Part shown: in pieces, positions 49,098-62,977 of the stretch
Position numbering within the stretch: position 1 is the stretch's first letter
Layout of the letters: each line of letters starts with the position of its first letter
From: Heteronotia binoei
Lineage: Eukaryota
NCBI RefSeq assembly: GCF_032191835.1
Contig: NC_083227.1
Location: 18,972,001 to 19,036,000 of the forward strand
Direction: 5' to 3'
Length of the DNA stretch: 64,000 bases
Program-made: the position numbers and the translations under genes
The notes under the pieces: generated by a model
Told to the model about the DNA's origin: nothing
Databases searched by the model: none
The model's input: only the letters and a program-made list of their open reading frames with translations

Positions 49098-49320
49098 AGG
49101 GACGGTGGCTCAGTGGTAGAGCATCTGCTTGGGAAGCAGAAGGTCCCAGGTTTCAATCCCTGGCATCTCCAAAAAAGGGTCCAGGCAAATAGGTGTGAAA
49201 AGCCTCAGCTTGAGACCCTGGAGAGCCGCTGTCAGTCTGAGAAGACAATACTGACTTTGATGGACCAAAGGTCTGATTCAGTATAAGGCAGCTTCATATG
49301 TTCATGTTCATATGTTGATA
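49098..49320 (+). mobile_element. tRNA-head SINE with CR1-like tail (Squam2-like)
   Basis: ggtggctcagtggtagagcatctgc head and ...ggcagcttcatatgttc tail. A second copy at 60318-61115 is split by a MITE. Confidence 0.55.
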
Positions 49321-50632
49321 CACTTATTATCTCTGAATCTATCTAATCCGCTTTTAAAGCTCTTTATTTCTGTGACCATCACTACATCGTCTGGCAGCGA
49401 ATTCCACATTTTAATCCCTGGCTGTTTAAAGTAGGTGATAGGAAGGTCTCTGCCTGAGACTCCGGAGGGCCACTGCCAGTCTGAGTGCACAGTGCTGACC
49501 TTCATGCACCAATGGTCTGATTCAGTATAAGTAACTTCATATTTATTTAGAAGTGAGCCCCACTGGCTTTTCCCCCAGAATCTTGCCTAGGAATGTAGGC
49601 ATAATCAACCTCATTCATGTTTGCAACTAAATATGCTGCATTTGTTTGCAGTTGTCTGTCACTCTCTTTCTCTTAAGGCCACCCTCATCCTGCCTAAATT
49701 TATATTGTAAGATCCTTGGGGGCAGAGCCTGCTTTTTGGCCATGTTATCTATGATAGTGGTGGTGTGTAGATGAAACAGTCACAAGAGATTTATGTGCCC
49801 CTGGAAGTCTCCTCAATATTGAGTAGATCAGGAGAATTTAAAAACCCCACGAGGTTTAGAAAAATGGTAACTAAAAGGGACAAATGAAAGAGGTTTATAG
49901 AGGTGTAGTTGGTATGGAGAAAGCAAGGGCTGTTTTTCCTTCTGCCATAATGCTGGAACTTGTGGCCACCTAGTGAAATTAATTCCCCTCCCCTCAATTT
50001 AAATCACATTTAAATAACAATTTAAGTAACGTTTAACATTCAAATTGCGAAATTACTGAGCAGTAGATAGACAAAACGCGACACATAATGAACTTGTGGT
50101 ACTCACTGCCACATGATATAGTGATGGCCAGTGGCTTTGCTGGTTTAAAAAAGACACTACGCAGCATTATATATTTGCAGACTGTACATGGTGGATTGCA
50201 TTGCTGAATATTCCCCTGTGTAACAAAAACAAAACACTTTGAAAATAGAAAACAGGCACAGCAGGGTGATGTACTTAGTGTTCTGTTTCTAGACAGTCAC
50301 TATTTTAACCCTGGAACCAAAACTGGTATCTGTTGTTTCCTGCACTTCATTCCTACCACCTCATTCACGTGTCTTACAAAACATGCGTTGAAAGAGTAGA
50401 GGAGAAAGATCTGTTTTTGCTTGAACCAGCCTGGTTGCCCGTATAGTACGATGTATTATTATTCTTTTAGTTTCAGAATTTGTACACTGCCTCTCTAGAA
50501 CCTTCCTGAGATGGCTCACAGTTAAAACAGTTCTAAAAGGTGTATTAGAATAATCCTGTCATACCTCTAGGCAATGGACTGAACTTCTCAGCAGGTTGCC
50601 AGCTTGTTCCATCCAACCAGAGGTGAAAAAAA

Positions 50633-50656
50633 ATGGCTGCCTCAGCACCATCTCAG
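50633..50656 (+). CDS. Gene D first coding exon (MAASAPSQ)
   Basis: aaaATGG Kozak context; phase-0 donor cag|gtagga matching the KRAB-A exon; typical KRAB-ZNF start exon. Confidence 0.65.
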
Positions 50657-52076
50657 GTAGGAGGATTGTGGGTACTGTGGCTGGATGGGAGGGGAGGGGA
50701 GTGAAATGAAGGTTATGAGTTGAATCAGATTTTGGTCAACAGCAACAGAAGCAGCTTATTTCCAGACCTAGAGCCCGCTTAAATGTTTAAGCATTCATGT
50801 GGTATGGCCCTGTGTTAGAATCATACCATTTAGAATGTACAGAAGGAGGAAATGCTTTCTGTCATGTTTCCTTGCACGTGAAAAGCAAACATAGCAGAGG
50901 GGAATGTTGTGTCATAGTATGTGGTAGAGAGGATTCTGCTGTGTCTAAAGAGGTCTGTTCAAGTGATGCCCAGAAAATCAGTCATCTTGTTCAGACCAAA
51001 TTATTCTTCTCCCATCAGATTTGGTATACTCTTAGGTTATTTATATATATATATAATTGCTGAGCCAACCCTGGTGAAATAAGAAGCCGTTGTTCTCCCC
51101 CAGTTGGCAGTAGAGCAGGATTTTCCAATATAGTGCCTAGGGTGCCATATCGCACACTAGCACCTTTCCCAATGCCCACCGAGTTTTTAAAATAAAATTG
51201 GTGGGTTCAGGCAGGGCACTTGCCCAGCAGGGCTTCTGATGACCACTGGTGAACCTGTTGGCTGTACAAATTAAAATAACGTCATTTTGGCAGCAGCTGC
51301 CACCACAGTATTGGTTTTATTCTCTCTCACTCCTCTTTCCCAGTGCATTTTTAAAATAGCCCATTATCTCCCCTGCACTTGAACTTCCTGCCTGTGGCTG
51401 GCTCCACCTTCTGTGGCAGCCATTTTGTTTTGCGTTCACCACCCTGGGTCAGAATTCCAAAAGTACCCTCGGGCTCAAAAAGGTTGGGGACCCAGAGGCA
51501 GAGGCTTAGGGTATCTGAAGCAGAAAGAGATGAAGAAAGCAATCCTAAATAGGTATACTTGGAAGTAAGTTCTGTGATAAGGATGCCAGCCTCCAGGTGG
51601 GACCTAGGGATCCCCCAGAATTACAGATCATCTCCAGACTAGAGAGATCAGTTTCCCTGGAGAAAATGGATGCTTTGGCGGATGGACCCCACTGAGCTCC
51701 CCAGGCGCCATCCCCAAATCTCCAGGAATTTCCCAACCTGGAGATGGTAACCAGGGGGCCCTGGGAGCCCTAGGAAAATGTTCTTTGGATTGCATGCTAG
51801 TTGATCTAAAGCCTCCCAGTAAACTTCCTGGTGGAGTGAGATCTGAATGGGGGGATTTTAGCTTAAAACGTAGGCCTGTAGCTGCTGTGCTACACTACCT
51901 CCCTTGTGGGTTTTGTTATCTCTTGAATCTTCTTCGTGGTCTCTGTGCATTCTTGGGAGTATCCCTCCCTCCTCCTTTACATTCCTGACTGAGGATGAGG
52001 TTGGCCAAGTTCTTGGATCACTATTAATTTTGTTTTGCTGAGGGGGCTAGTGCTTGAAGGTGTTTCTCTCTTTTAG

Positions 52077-52226
<150 letters not shown>

Positions 52227-53393
52227 TGAGAGACTTTGCTGGGCTCACAAAATCCAGGAGGTTCAGGTAGGAAATACCACTTTCCCCTTCCTACTCCGCC
52301 AGATATCCTAGCTCCGCTTTCTTCTGTCACACAAGGAGGGCTCAGACAACATACTAGTTTATCCCTGAAGCTGACTGAAGGTCAAACTAAGCATAACTTT
52401 TGCATGTGTGTGTTAAGGTTACTTTGGCAAATACTTTATTTTACTTCATGTACACCCTACCTTTCTCCCCAGTGGAGATCTAAAATGGCTTATGTCATTC
52501 TCCTTTCCTCCATTTTTTCCTCACAACAACCCTGTGAGGGAGGTTAGTCTGAGAGGGTGTGACTGGCCCTAGGTCAGCCAGGGAGCTTCTGCAGTGGAGT
52601 GGGGTTTCGAACCTGGGTGTCCTGGATCTGAATCTGAAGTTTCAACCACTGTAGCTCACTGTTGTTGTGACTGCCCCAATACTTTTTCAAAGAAAATGGG
52701 AGGAGAGGAATTTTTGCTCACAAGACTCCACAGCTTAGAGGCAGTATTGGTCACTGGGTGTGTGTGTGTATGGGAGGTACCTGTGAATTTCCTGCAATGA
52801 ACAGAGTTGGACTAGATGACCCTAGAGGCCCCTTCCAACTCTATGATTTTATTATTCTCTTACCATTTTCTCACTGAAAAAAGGTACCTCTGTGCTGCTG
52901 TTACGCCTGCTGAGGGGAAAATTGCAGCTGTTCCTAAGTTCTGAGGTGATAGGATGGAGTGTACAACTTTTAGATTGGGGGTGGGGGCGGTGTGCAAAGG
53001 TAATTATATTTTTAAATGATCCCTTACCTAAACCTCAGGCTGTTGTACCAGCTCAAGATTCTGTGACCTTATTCAGTTTTATCATGTCTGCGCATGTAGC
53101 ATAATGGGGTGAGGTGTCATATTTTAAATGCTACATCCAACTAGGAAACCAGAGATAGAGATTCCTGGAAGTGGGTGCTGGGGGAAAACGTCCCTAGGAT
53201 TCTTCTTACTCATCGTCTGTTGAAGTCTTGGCAGGACAGTTTCCCAGTGGTTGCTTCCAGAGGGATAGCTTCCCACAATTTCATGGTCCTTAGTATTGCA
53301 GGACAGCTTCTGTGATCCAGAGGTTCACAGCTTCTGTGATCCAGAAATGGAACAGAATTCCTGTGACTCTCCCTGCTTCTTTTCTTCTGCCAG

Positions 53394-53510
53394 CAGGATT
53401 TTCCCTTTCAAAGCCATCCTTGATCTACTTCCTGGAACGAGGGGAAGTGCTGTGGGAACCTGATCAGCAACAAATCAGAGCCAGGGAGATCCTGTCAGGC
53501 ATCAGCTCAG
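53394..53510 (+). CDS. Gene D KRAB-B exon (117 nt)
   Basis: ttttcttctgccag|CA ... TCA G|gtgagg; AGFSLSKPSLIYFLERGEVLWEPDQQQIRAREILSGISS(G). Confidence 0.9.
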
Positions 53511-54969
53511 GTGAGGAATCTGACCAAAACAAAATCAGGAGAGGGCAGAAATGTGAGGTTTTGCCAGTTATTGATCCAAATGACCTGTTCTCGTAATAAA
53601 ATGGTAAAAGATTATTTGAACCAAATACAGAGCATGACCTTGTGATGTTACCAGCCAAAGCCAGGAATGACGAAAGTAATATGGATACTTAGAATTGTAC
53701 TCAAAAAAAGCCCGCACAACAAATCTCCACCCAACAAACTGCTGGTTCCCATGGAAGGTGATGCTTAAAGATAATTAGAGCATCACGGTCAACAGCCAAG
53801 TCTTACTGCCCTGTTGTCAGAGCAACATGATAACTAAGCTAGCCATGTCTGGAATACAATCAACCACAAAGCATTCCTTCTCCCCATCTCTCCTGCACAT
53901 GTCTTAGCAGTTAGATATACATTTCTTCAAGCAGCTACAAGAAACGGAAGTTATAAAGTTCAGAGCAAGCAATACCAGTTCATGTCCATTGCAAAACATG
54001 GCAGGCTCATCCTGACATTCTGCCCACCCAAACATCATTCCACCCCCCCCCCCATTATTCCCCCTCCCCCGGATGATCCAGGAACAGTGGTTACCTGACA
54101 ATCTAAAGTAAGACATTTCGTGGCAGGGGACAGGAGCTTGCGAAATGGTGCTCTGGTAACCACCAGATGTCCCTCTCCTTGGGAGATCCCCTCGATGTGC
54201 TCTGTGTCATTGCATGGCAGGAGCAGTCCCCCAGCTCCTGATGGGCAGCCAGGGTGGCTCCATGCACCCACTTGGGTACCGCCCTGAATACCTGAGACTG
54301 ACAAGTTTCAAGGGAGCCACCTGGGTTTCTGTGCAAAGGAATAGTGGGTTCTGGGCCTCTCCAACAATGGTGGGCCTCCTTACAAATCTGAGCTTTTCTT
54401 GGTATCCAGCCACACAAATTTCTGACTTCTGGCCTGAACAGTAGTATGAAAGGATGTCCCCCATTCTTGTTTTGGCCCTTTAGAGCATGCTTTAGCTGCT
54501 TCATGTTTTATTTTTTTGAAAAATTGTTTTATTCTATTTTTTTTTAAACGTGCTGCTGTTAAAATTTTTGGTGTTCTGCTGGGATTTTTACAGCTTTATT
54601 GATTCAGTTTGTAAGATGCTGTAGGATTCTGTGATAGAGGAATGGGGTAAAAATGTCTCAAAATAAGGGTTTGAATTTTTTTAGATGATAGATGCATGTG
54701 TCACAGTTGGCACTATCTTAAAAGAAGCATTCCTTCCCTTTGTGAGAGTAGAAAACGTCTTCCAAAATGGTAGCTAGCATTTTGCTAGGTACTTTTAAAA
54801 CTTGCATTTTCCTTGTAAATATTATATCAAAAATAGCTTCTGAAAATGCCTTGCCTGAACTGGGGGTGCCTCATTTGTCAAAAATGGTTAATTGGCCAAA
54901 TGTTGCATTCCTAATTTAGAAATGTAGGTGCCACGGCTTTGTCCTTTATGTTTTTTGTGTGCCCTGTTC

Positions 54970-55270
54970 TTAAATTGCCTGGATTATCTGAACTGTGGGG
55001 TTAATCTCATCCCCAGTCACACGCCATTGGTTTCTCATGGCCTTGGTCCCTCATATCTGCAGAACGGCCTCTCCCGTGCACTCCACCACAGTGGCTTCGC
55101 TCGTCTCAGCAGGGCCTTCTGCAGGTGCCAGCCTGCAGATGGGCAAAATCAACAACTGCTCGTACATGTGCCTTCTCTGTTGTGGCCCCCTCACCTTATG
55201 AAATGGCCTGCCTGAAGAGATTAGGAAGGCTCCCATTCTCATGGCTTTCCACAAACTATGCAAAACATAT
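54970..55270 (+). mobile_element. L2 LINE 3' fragment
   Basis: Decayed ORF2 end (HGLGPSYLQ..., ctgcaggtgcc..., tgtggccccc...). Other L2 pieces lie on the minus strand at ~23990-24110, 26190-26360 and 28540-28810. Confidence 0.5.
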
Positions 55271-55303
55271 TCAAGAGGGTAAGGTAGATGTGTTGGTCTG
55301 AAG

Positions 55304-55655
55304 CAGGGGTGGCCAAACTTGCTTAACATAAGAACCACATAGAATAAATGTCAGATGTTTGAGAGCCACAAGATATGAATGTCAGATGTTTGAGAGCCAC
55401 AAGATATGAATGTCAGATGTTTGAAAGCCACAAGACAGGGAGGAAGGGAGGAAAACGGTGAGGTGGAAAGAAAGCAACTTTAACGTTAAATGCATTCTCT
55501 AAGCCATTGGCTGGCTTGGCTCGGAGAAGTACTGTAATTTAGAAAGATAAATGCCTTTTCCAAGCTTGCTGATGAGGCTGTGGGGGCTTGGAGAGCCACA
55601 CAGTATGTGTGAAAGAGCCACATGTGGCTCCTGAGCCATAGTTTGGCCACCCCTG
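55304..55655. mobile_element. hAT MITE, CAGGGGTGGCCAAAC TIR, inserted in a Penelope terminus
   Basis: Perfect TSD gtctgaag at 55296-55303 and 55656-55663. A relative lies at 59315-59630. Confidence 0.85.
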
Positions 55656-56675
55656 GTCTGAAGCAACAGAACAAAATCTGAGTCCAGTGGCACCTTTAAG
55701 GCCTACAACGTTTAATTCTGGGTTGAAGCTATCGTGGGCATGCACACTTCTTCAGATACATCGAATCACAGAGTAGGAAGGGACCCTACAGGCCATCTTG
55801 TCCAACCCCCTGCTCAATGGAGGATCAGCCTACAGCATCCCTGAGCAGTGTTCATCCAGCTGCTGCTTAAAGGTTGCCAGTGAGGGAGAGCTCACCACCT
55901 CCCTCGGTAACTGATTCCACTGTTGAACAACTCTGACTGTAAAAACGTTTTCCCTAATTTCCAACCGGTATCTTCCCACTCTTAATTTAAACCCATGACT
56001 GCGAGTCCTCTCCTCCGCTGCCAGCAGGAAAAGCTCCCTGCCCTCCTCTAAGTGACAGCCCTTCAAATACTTATTTTAAAATTTATTTTAGGTAGTTTAT
56101 ACTCCAGCCTCCTCCCAAAGTGGGCTCAAAGAGAGCAGTCATGCTTTATCTGAAGGACTGTGCTTGCACACAAAAGCTTATACCCACAAATTAAACTTGG
56201 TTGGTTTTGAAGGGGCCACTGGACTGGACTAAAACTTTGTTCTGTGCAAAGCACAGTTATTCTAGAGGGCTTTTTTGCAAAGGTAATATGGCCATGCTGT
56301 AACAAAACAGTTCAGAAAGTTGCATTGGTAAAGGGATAAGGCCTATACTACCATCAGGGCTTTTTTTGAGCAGGAATGCACAGGAACACAGTTCCGACTG
56401 GCTTGGTGTCAGGGGGTGTGGCCTAATAGGCAAATGAATCCCTGCTGGGCTTTTTCTACAAAAAGCCCTATGTGAGACAATGGTGACATCAGGGGGTGTG
56501 GCCTAATATGCAAATACGTTCCTGCTGGGGCTTTTTCTACCCAAAAAGCCCTGACTACTATATTGCTGCACCTAATAATGTTTCTACAAAAACCTAAGTT
56601 TCCAACAATATCTAGAACTTTTTAAAATCTACACTGTGGTATTTTACTTATCAGTCTTCTGTTTGTTCCCACAAG

Positions 56676-58669
56676 GAAATGAGCATGTGAATGAGGAGGA
56701 GGAGAAACCCCTTTGGCTAGTGAGTTCTACACCAGAGAACCAAAGCAAAACATTCCTTCTAAGACCACCAGTGGAAGTTCCCCATTACCACGAAAATGGA
56801 GAAAGCTCTGCTACTTGGCTTGGACCAGAAGGGCAGAAAGTTAGAGCCGTTCCTACTGGGAAAAGCAACAGTGGTCTTGGTGAAAACACAGGCCAAAACT
56901 CAAATTGCGGGAACAGAAGACAGAAGACACACACAGAGCCAAGGAGGAATTCTGCTGGAAAAGCACCTGACAGAATCCGAGCTATACCAAAATCAGAAAA
57001 GTGTTCCGTCTGCGGAAAGAGGTTTTGTAATAACACTTATCTCGTGATCCACGAGCGATCTCACACAGGAGAGAAGCCGTATGCATGCAACGACTGTGGG
57101 AGAAGCTTTACTTCCTCCTCCAACCTTCTTTCTCATGAGAGAATCCACACAGGAGAGAAACCCTATGAATGTTGCGATTGTGGGCGGAGTTTTGTGCGGA
57201 ATCGAGACCTTCAAGCGCACATCAGAATCCACACTGGTGAAAAACCACATATATGTTCCTATTGTGGGAAGACGTTCCGGAGCAAAACACACGTTGTCAG
57301 GCATGAAAAAATCCACAGGGACGACAGGCCATTTAAATGCTCCATATGCGGGAAGGAATTCCGACTGAGAGAGCACCTCGACGTACACAACAGGACTCAC
57401 ACAGGAGAAAAGCCCTACAAGTGTTCGGTGTGTGAAAGAAGCTTCAACTGTGCGGCAAACTTTCACAGACACAAAAAAACGCATGGCGGTGAGAAGCCGC
57501 ATAAGTGTTCCGACTGTGGGAAAAGCTTCAGGAATAGCTCAGACCTGAAATCTCACAGAAGAATCCACACTGGCGAGAAACCTTATCAGTGTTCGGATTG
57601 TGGGAAAACCTTCCGTTGCAGCTCAAGTCTTATAACACACAAGAGAACCCACAAAGGAGAAAGGCCATACAAATGCCTGGAGTGTGGGAAGTGCTTAAGT
57701 CAGAAATGGTGCCTTATTAATCACCAGAGAATCCACAAGTATAAATGCTCAGATTGTGGGAAAAGCTTCAGCCAAAGCTCAGCCCTTCAGCTGCATAGAA
57801 GAAAACATACTGGCGAGAAACCGTTTAGATGCTTACTCTGCGGCAAGTGCTTCGATCGGAGGTCACTGCTGATCATTCACGAGAGGATCCACACGGGCGA
57901 GAGACCGTACGTCTGCTCAGAGTGCGGGAAAAGTTTCATCCAAAAATCCAAGCTTATCCGACACGAAAAGACCCACACAGGAGAGAAGCCCTACGGGTGC
58001 CCACACTGCGAGAAGTGCTTCAGCGAAAGAGCAAACCTCGTCCAACATATGAGAATCCACACGGGAGAGAAACCGTACAAATGCTCACATTGTGGGAAAT
58101 GTTTCAGCCAAAGGTCCCACTTCATTGAGCACGAGAGATCTCACCCGGGAGAGAAATCTTTTCACTGCCTGGATTGTGGGAAACGCTTCAGCCATGTTTC
58201 ACGCCTCCTTAAACATCACAGGATCCACACTGGAGAAAGCCCGTACAAATGCTTGGAGTGCGGGAAGTGCTTTGCTGGAAACTCTCACCTGAAATCGCAC
58301 AAAAGGATCCACTCTGGAGAGAAACCGTATCAGTGCTCAGATTGTGGGAAAAGCTTCAGGCATAACTCAGCCCTTACCGTTCATAAGAGAACCCACACGG
58401 GAGAGAAACCATTTCAGTGTTCGGACTGTGGGAAAAGCTTCAGCAACAGCTCAGGCCTTACAGCACACCGAAGAACCCACTTGGGAAAGAAGCCGTTCCA
58501 GTGTTCCACCTGCGAGAAAAGCTTCACGAACAGGTCCAGCCTTCTTAAGCACAAAAGCATCCACCGAAGGGGGAAACGGTTCAAATGCACCTCATGTGGG
58601 AGGGCCTTTGTTTGGAAAGCACATCTCGCTGCACACCGGAAGATCCATGCACAAGGAGCAAAGCATTAG
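56676..58669 (+). CDS. Gene D last exon: 20 C2H2 fingers (KRAB-ZNF, predicted 753 aa in total)
   Basis: Acceptor tttgttcccacaag|GA (phase 1); 20 CxxC...HxxxH units; exon lengths 24+127+117+1994 sum to 754 codons including stop. Confidence 0.95.
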
Positions 58670-60456
58670 GAGAGACTGGGCTGAAGGCATATCTTGCTTG
58701 CAAGGACCGTGGGTGGCTGCCAAAAGCTATGCTGGGCTGGGCAGGGTCAGGGAGAAAGTAGGACGCTTGCTGCGTCCAGGGCTGGCTCCTGGCTTCAGCG
58801 AGCCCTGGAGAGAGTGTGCCTGGGGGGACTCCCTCCTCTCCTCTGCTTGCCATTGTGCCCCCAACTCATACTTCCCTGCCCACAGTGGCCAACATACTGC
58901 AAACGTTCGAAATACTTGAGAGGCTAAACAGAATTCTCACCATGAGCGGAACTTCCAGTGGTCTCCCAACAGGTCTGAAAATTAGACATGCACGGATGCA
59001 ATTTGGATGCATATAACCTTTCTTCTGGTGTTGTTTTCCTGGTTCCTAAGGATCCTAACTGGGGAGAAGGGAGGGGGTTGGAATTCCCTAGGGCCAGTCC
59101 GGGTTAGGAAAACAGCACAGGAGGAAGTTTTAAACCCTTTTTGTGGCCTTTTCCAGTGCGGATAGGCTTACACCCTGTATTTTGGAGGGAATGAGAATTC
59201 CATCCATGGACTTCTCAATCTAGTCTGTTTGAGCCTTAAGTCAATTTATCAGGAAGGGGCTCTGGTAGAATCACCTGCTTTGCACACTGAAGGATTCTGG
59301 CTCAGTCCCTAGCTCAGAGGTGGCCAAACTGGCTTAACGTAAGAACCACGTAGAATAAACATCAGATGTTTGAGAGCCGCAAGTCTTGACGATCGGATGT
59401 TTGAGAGCTGCAAGACAGGAAGGCAAATAGATGGGGGAGGGAGAGATGGAAAGAAAGCATCTTTAAATGCAGTATCCAGGCCGTTGGGTGGCTTGACTTG
59501 AAGAAGTGATTTAAAGAAACAAATGGCTTCTCCAAGCTGACCGATGGGGTGGTGAGCCAGGTTTTGAGAGCCACACGATATGTGTGAAAGAGCCACATGT
59601 GGCTCCCAAGCTGCGATTTGGCCACCCCTGCTCTCATTTCCATTTTTAAAAGATTCCAGTCCCTTTAACTTTAGAATAGACTCTCATCTTTGCTTTGTGA
59701 TGTGGGGGAACCAGTCCCTTTAGCATGGATAAGCACTGTAAAAGTGGAATGTTGCAATGGGCGCATCTGTGAGAATCTGTTAGAAATGAACATGGCTACT
59801 GCATGTGGAAAAAGAGGCTGCTTTTCAAGCCTCCATTTGGGAAAGCCGCATATTTTGAGAGGAAGGAAACAAAAAGCCCCACGTGAACCAGCTTCTATAT
59901 CCAATTACATAACAAGAAAAACCATTCAAATATAAATAATTGTATTTAACCCACATATATTGCTTTCATCAAAACAACCATAATGCTCAGTCCTTTGAAC
60001 AAAAGGAAGCATTTACACCAATAGTTCTTTTCCTTTATATGGTGAAATTGTCCAGCTTTTCCATGTAATCCTGGTGTGATAGACAAGGTTGTACTAATAC
60101 CCTTGTTTTGCAAAAGCTTTTTCAAGCTATAAAAGACCTCTTAGCAGAGACTTCTTCAAGCTGCAATAAACCTCTTGGTAGAGAGCCTATTCAAGTTGTA
60201 ATAGACCTCTTAGCAACGAGCTTCTTCAAGCTGCAGTACACCTCTTAGCAAATTCTTAAAGCAAAGGCAGTCATAGCCCAAATGTTTTCTAACTGAACAC
60301 CCAAAGGTGTTTTGAGAGGAGCAGCTGTGGCTCAGTGGCAGAGCATCTGCCTGGCAAGCAGAAGGTCTCTGACATCCCCAAATTTAAAGGATCAGGTAGA
60401 TGATGTGAAGAATCTCTGCCTGAGACCCTGGAGAGCCACTGCCAGTCTGATTAGGC

Positions 60457-61055
60457 CAGGGGTGTTGAACTCATTTGTTATGAGGGCTGGATCTGACATA
60501 AATGAGATCTTGTTGGGTTGGGCCATGTGAGGCCAGGGCAAGTGTGTACCTATTTAAGATTAGGTAGCAGAGATATAGACTTAAGGACAGGGACAAACAC
60601 AATTTTTTTTTTAAAAAAGAAACCTTGAAGCATGCTTAAAATGTTAGCTCTCGTTAGTCTTAAAGGTGCTTTCTTTGTATTTCTCCCATGTGATCCAGGG
60701 AACTGGGCAAAGGAGGCTGTGGCTCTTTCCTTCCGTCCCCAGGGAGGGAGGAGTCTCAGCCAATAGAAGGAAGGGAGGCTTGGGTCAATAGCTCTGCTGT
60801 ACGGTTGAGAGAGCCTGGAAAAACAAGCTCTAGCTTCCCCCTTTCTCCCCAAGGGAGGAGGCTCAGCCAATGGAGAAAATAGAGATTTTGCATTGTAGCT
60901 CCTGTGTGATTGAGGAAGCCTTGGAAAGCAAGCTGTTATACGGAAGGAAGCAAGAGATAGGGAGAAGTAAGCAGATGATAGTAGTTGCTCAGAGGCTTGA
61001 TAGAAGCCCTCCGGGGGCTTGATGCGGCCCCCGGGCCACATGTATGACACCCCTG
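60457..61055. mobile_element. hAT MITE (CAGGGGTGTCAAAC family) inserted in a SINE
   Basis: TSD gattaggc (60449-60456) / gagtaggc (61056-61063); SINE sequence continues on both sides. Confidence 0.85.
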
Positions 61056-61599
61056 GAGTAGGCAATACTGCCTTTGATGGGCCAAAGGTCTGTTTCACTA
61101 AAAGGCAATGTTATGTGCTCATACTGGAACACCCAGGCCAGACATGTGCAAAATGAGGTGTCGGAATCCTGAGAGCACTATCTTCTCATTCCTACCACAT
61201 CCTTCTGCATGTGTGGATCCAGTAGAGTGCATACAAACTCAAGATCCGTTAACCTCCAGGATGCTAGCCTGGCAAAATTAGAAGCACGTTTTTATTTTAT
61301 TTTATTTTGTTTGATTTATATCCCACCCTCCCTTCCAAAGTGGGCTCAAGGCGGCTTACACATTCATGTATATACATGAAATATAAAAATTCAGTAAAAG
61401 ACATAAAAGAAAAATCATAAAAATCAAAACATTTCAAGCGCTATATTAATCTTTGGATGGCAATCTGTTTAATAAAATGGATAATCTGTTTTTATATCAC
61501 ATTTTACTGTTCTGCTGTTCCAGCTGGATGTTGTATATAGAAACAGATCTTAGGTTCATGCTAGAGGTGGTCCAGATATTTCGAAGTCTGTTGTAGCCT

Positions 61600-61814
61600 G
61601 TGATCTTGTTGTTAAAAACAATTTTATTTGGTAATATATGGTAATTATATCCAGTTATAATAAAATATTAACACTTACGACCTTCCCCATACATTACACT
61701 TTCCCCTCCTCCCCTCCCCCCAAATCTTGACTTCGGCCAGTGTCAGTTACCTAAACTTCTAATATCAAAAGGTACCTTTAACTTTAAAAGAATTTTAATA
61801 AGAAGAAATAAAAA

Positions 61815-61854
<40 letters not shown>

Positions 61855-62977
61855 GCAAAGAAGTTAAAAAACACAATTTCTTATTCTTTATAAAGTCCCA
61901 CCCAGTTGTTATAATTCATCTTCTTTCTTCTTCTGAAAACCTGTGGTATTCTCAAAAATCACCCAGTGTCCTTTTATTTTCCATTCTTTTTCTATGTACT
62001 TTCTAAATTTATCCCAATCCCTTTTAAATCCCTCTAACTCATAGTCTCTCAAGATTCTTGTCAGTTTGTCCAATTCACTCCATGACATAACTTTTACAAT
62101 CCAGTCCCATTTTTCTGGTATTTTATCTTGCTTCCATAACTGCGCATATAATGTCCTAGCAGCTGAAAGCAAGTACCAAATAACAGTTCTATCTTCTTTT
62201 GGAAATGTCTCCATTTGTAAACCCAATAGGAAAGTCTCTGGAGTTCTCTTAAATTCATATCTCAAGATTCTAGAAATTTCTTGTTGAATCATTTGCCAAA
62301 ACTGTTTCGCTCTTTCACAAGTCCACCACATATGGTAGAAAGAACCTTCATGCTTTTTACATTTCCAACATCTATCTGGCATCTTGTTGTTCATTTTTGC
62401 TAGCTTTTTAGGAGTCATATACCACTTGTACATCATTTTATAACAGTTTTCTTTGATACTATAACATGTCGAAATTTTCATAGAGTTCTTCCATAAATAT
62501 TCCCATGTTTCCATCTGTATTTCTTTATTAACATTAATTGTCCATTTTATCATTTGAGATTTTACTACTTCATCTTCAGTAGACCATTTCAGTAATGGTT
62601 TATATAGTTTTGAAATCAACTTTTCATTGTCTCCAAGCAGAACTTTTTCCAATTCAGTTTGCTCTTTTCTTATTCCTTCACTTTTAATGTCACTTTCCAC
62701 CAAGTTCTTAATTTGTTGAATTTGAAACCAATCATATTTGTTACTTAATTCTTCCATCTTTAATTCAATTTTACCACCTTGGATTTTCAATATTTGACTA
62801 TATGATAGCCACTTTCCTTCACCTTCAGCATATATTTTTATTACTTCCGTTGGCACTATCCACAACGGCTTTCTCTCATCTCCATATTTTTTATATTTAA
62901 CCCACATATTTAACAGATTTCTCCTTATATAATGGTGTGAGAAGAAGCCGTCCATTTTACTTTTACCATAATACATA
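61600..62977 (-). mobile_element. L1 LINE 3' portion (ORF2 C-terminus with CCHC motif plus 3' UTR)
   Basis: 355-aa stop-free ORF 61909-62976 with CWKCKKHEGSFYHMWWTC and LYAQLWK motifs; AATAAA near the 3' end; (TA)n at ~61817-61850. Confidence 0.88.

Noticed and set aside
53600-54500. Possible DIRS or other retroelement remnant in gene D intron
   Set aside because: Only vague motif resemblance; cannot be assigned without a database search.
55347-55436. CRISPR-like array
   Set aside because: Adjacent tandem units without spacers, in a vertebrate MITE; no cas genes.
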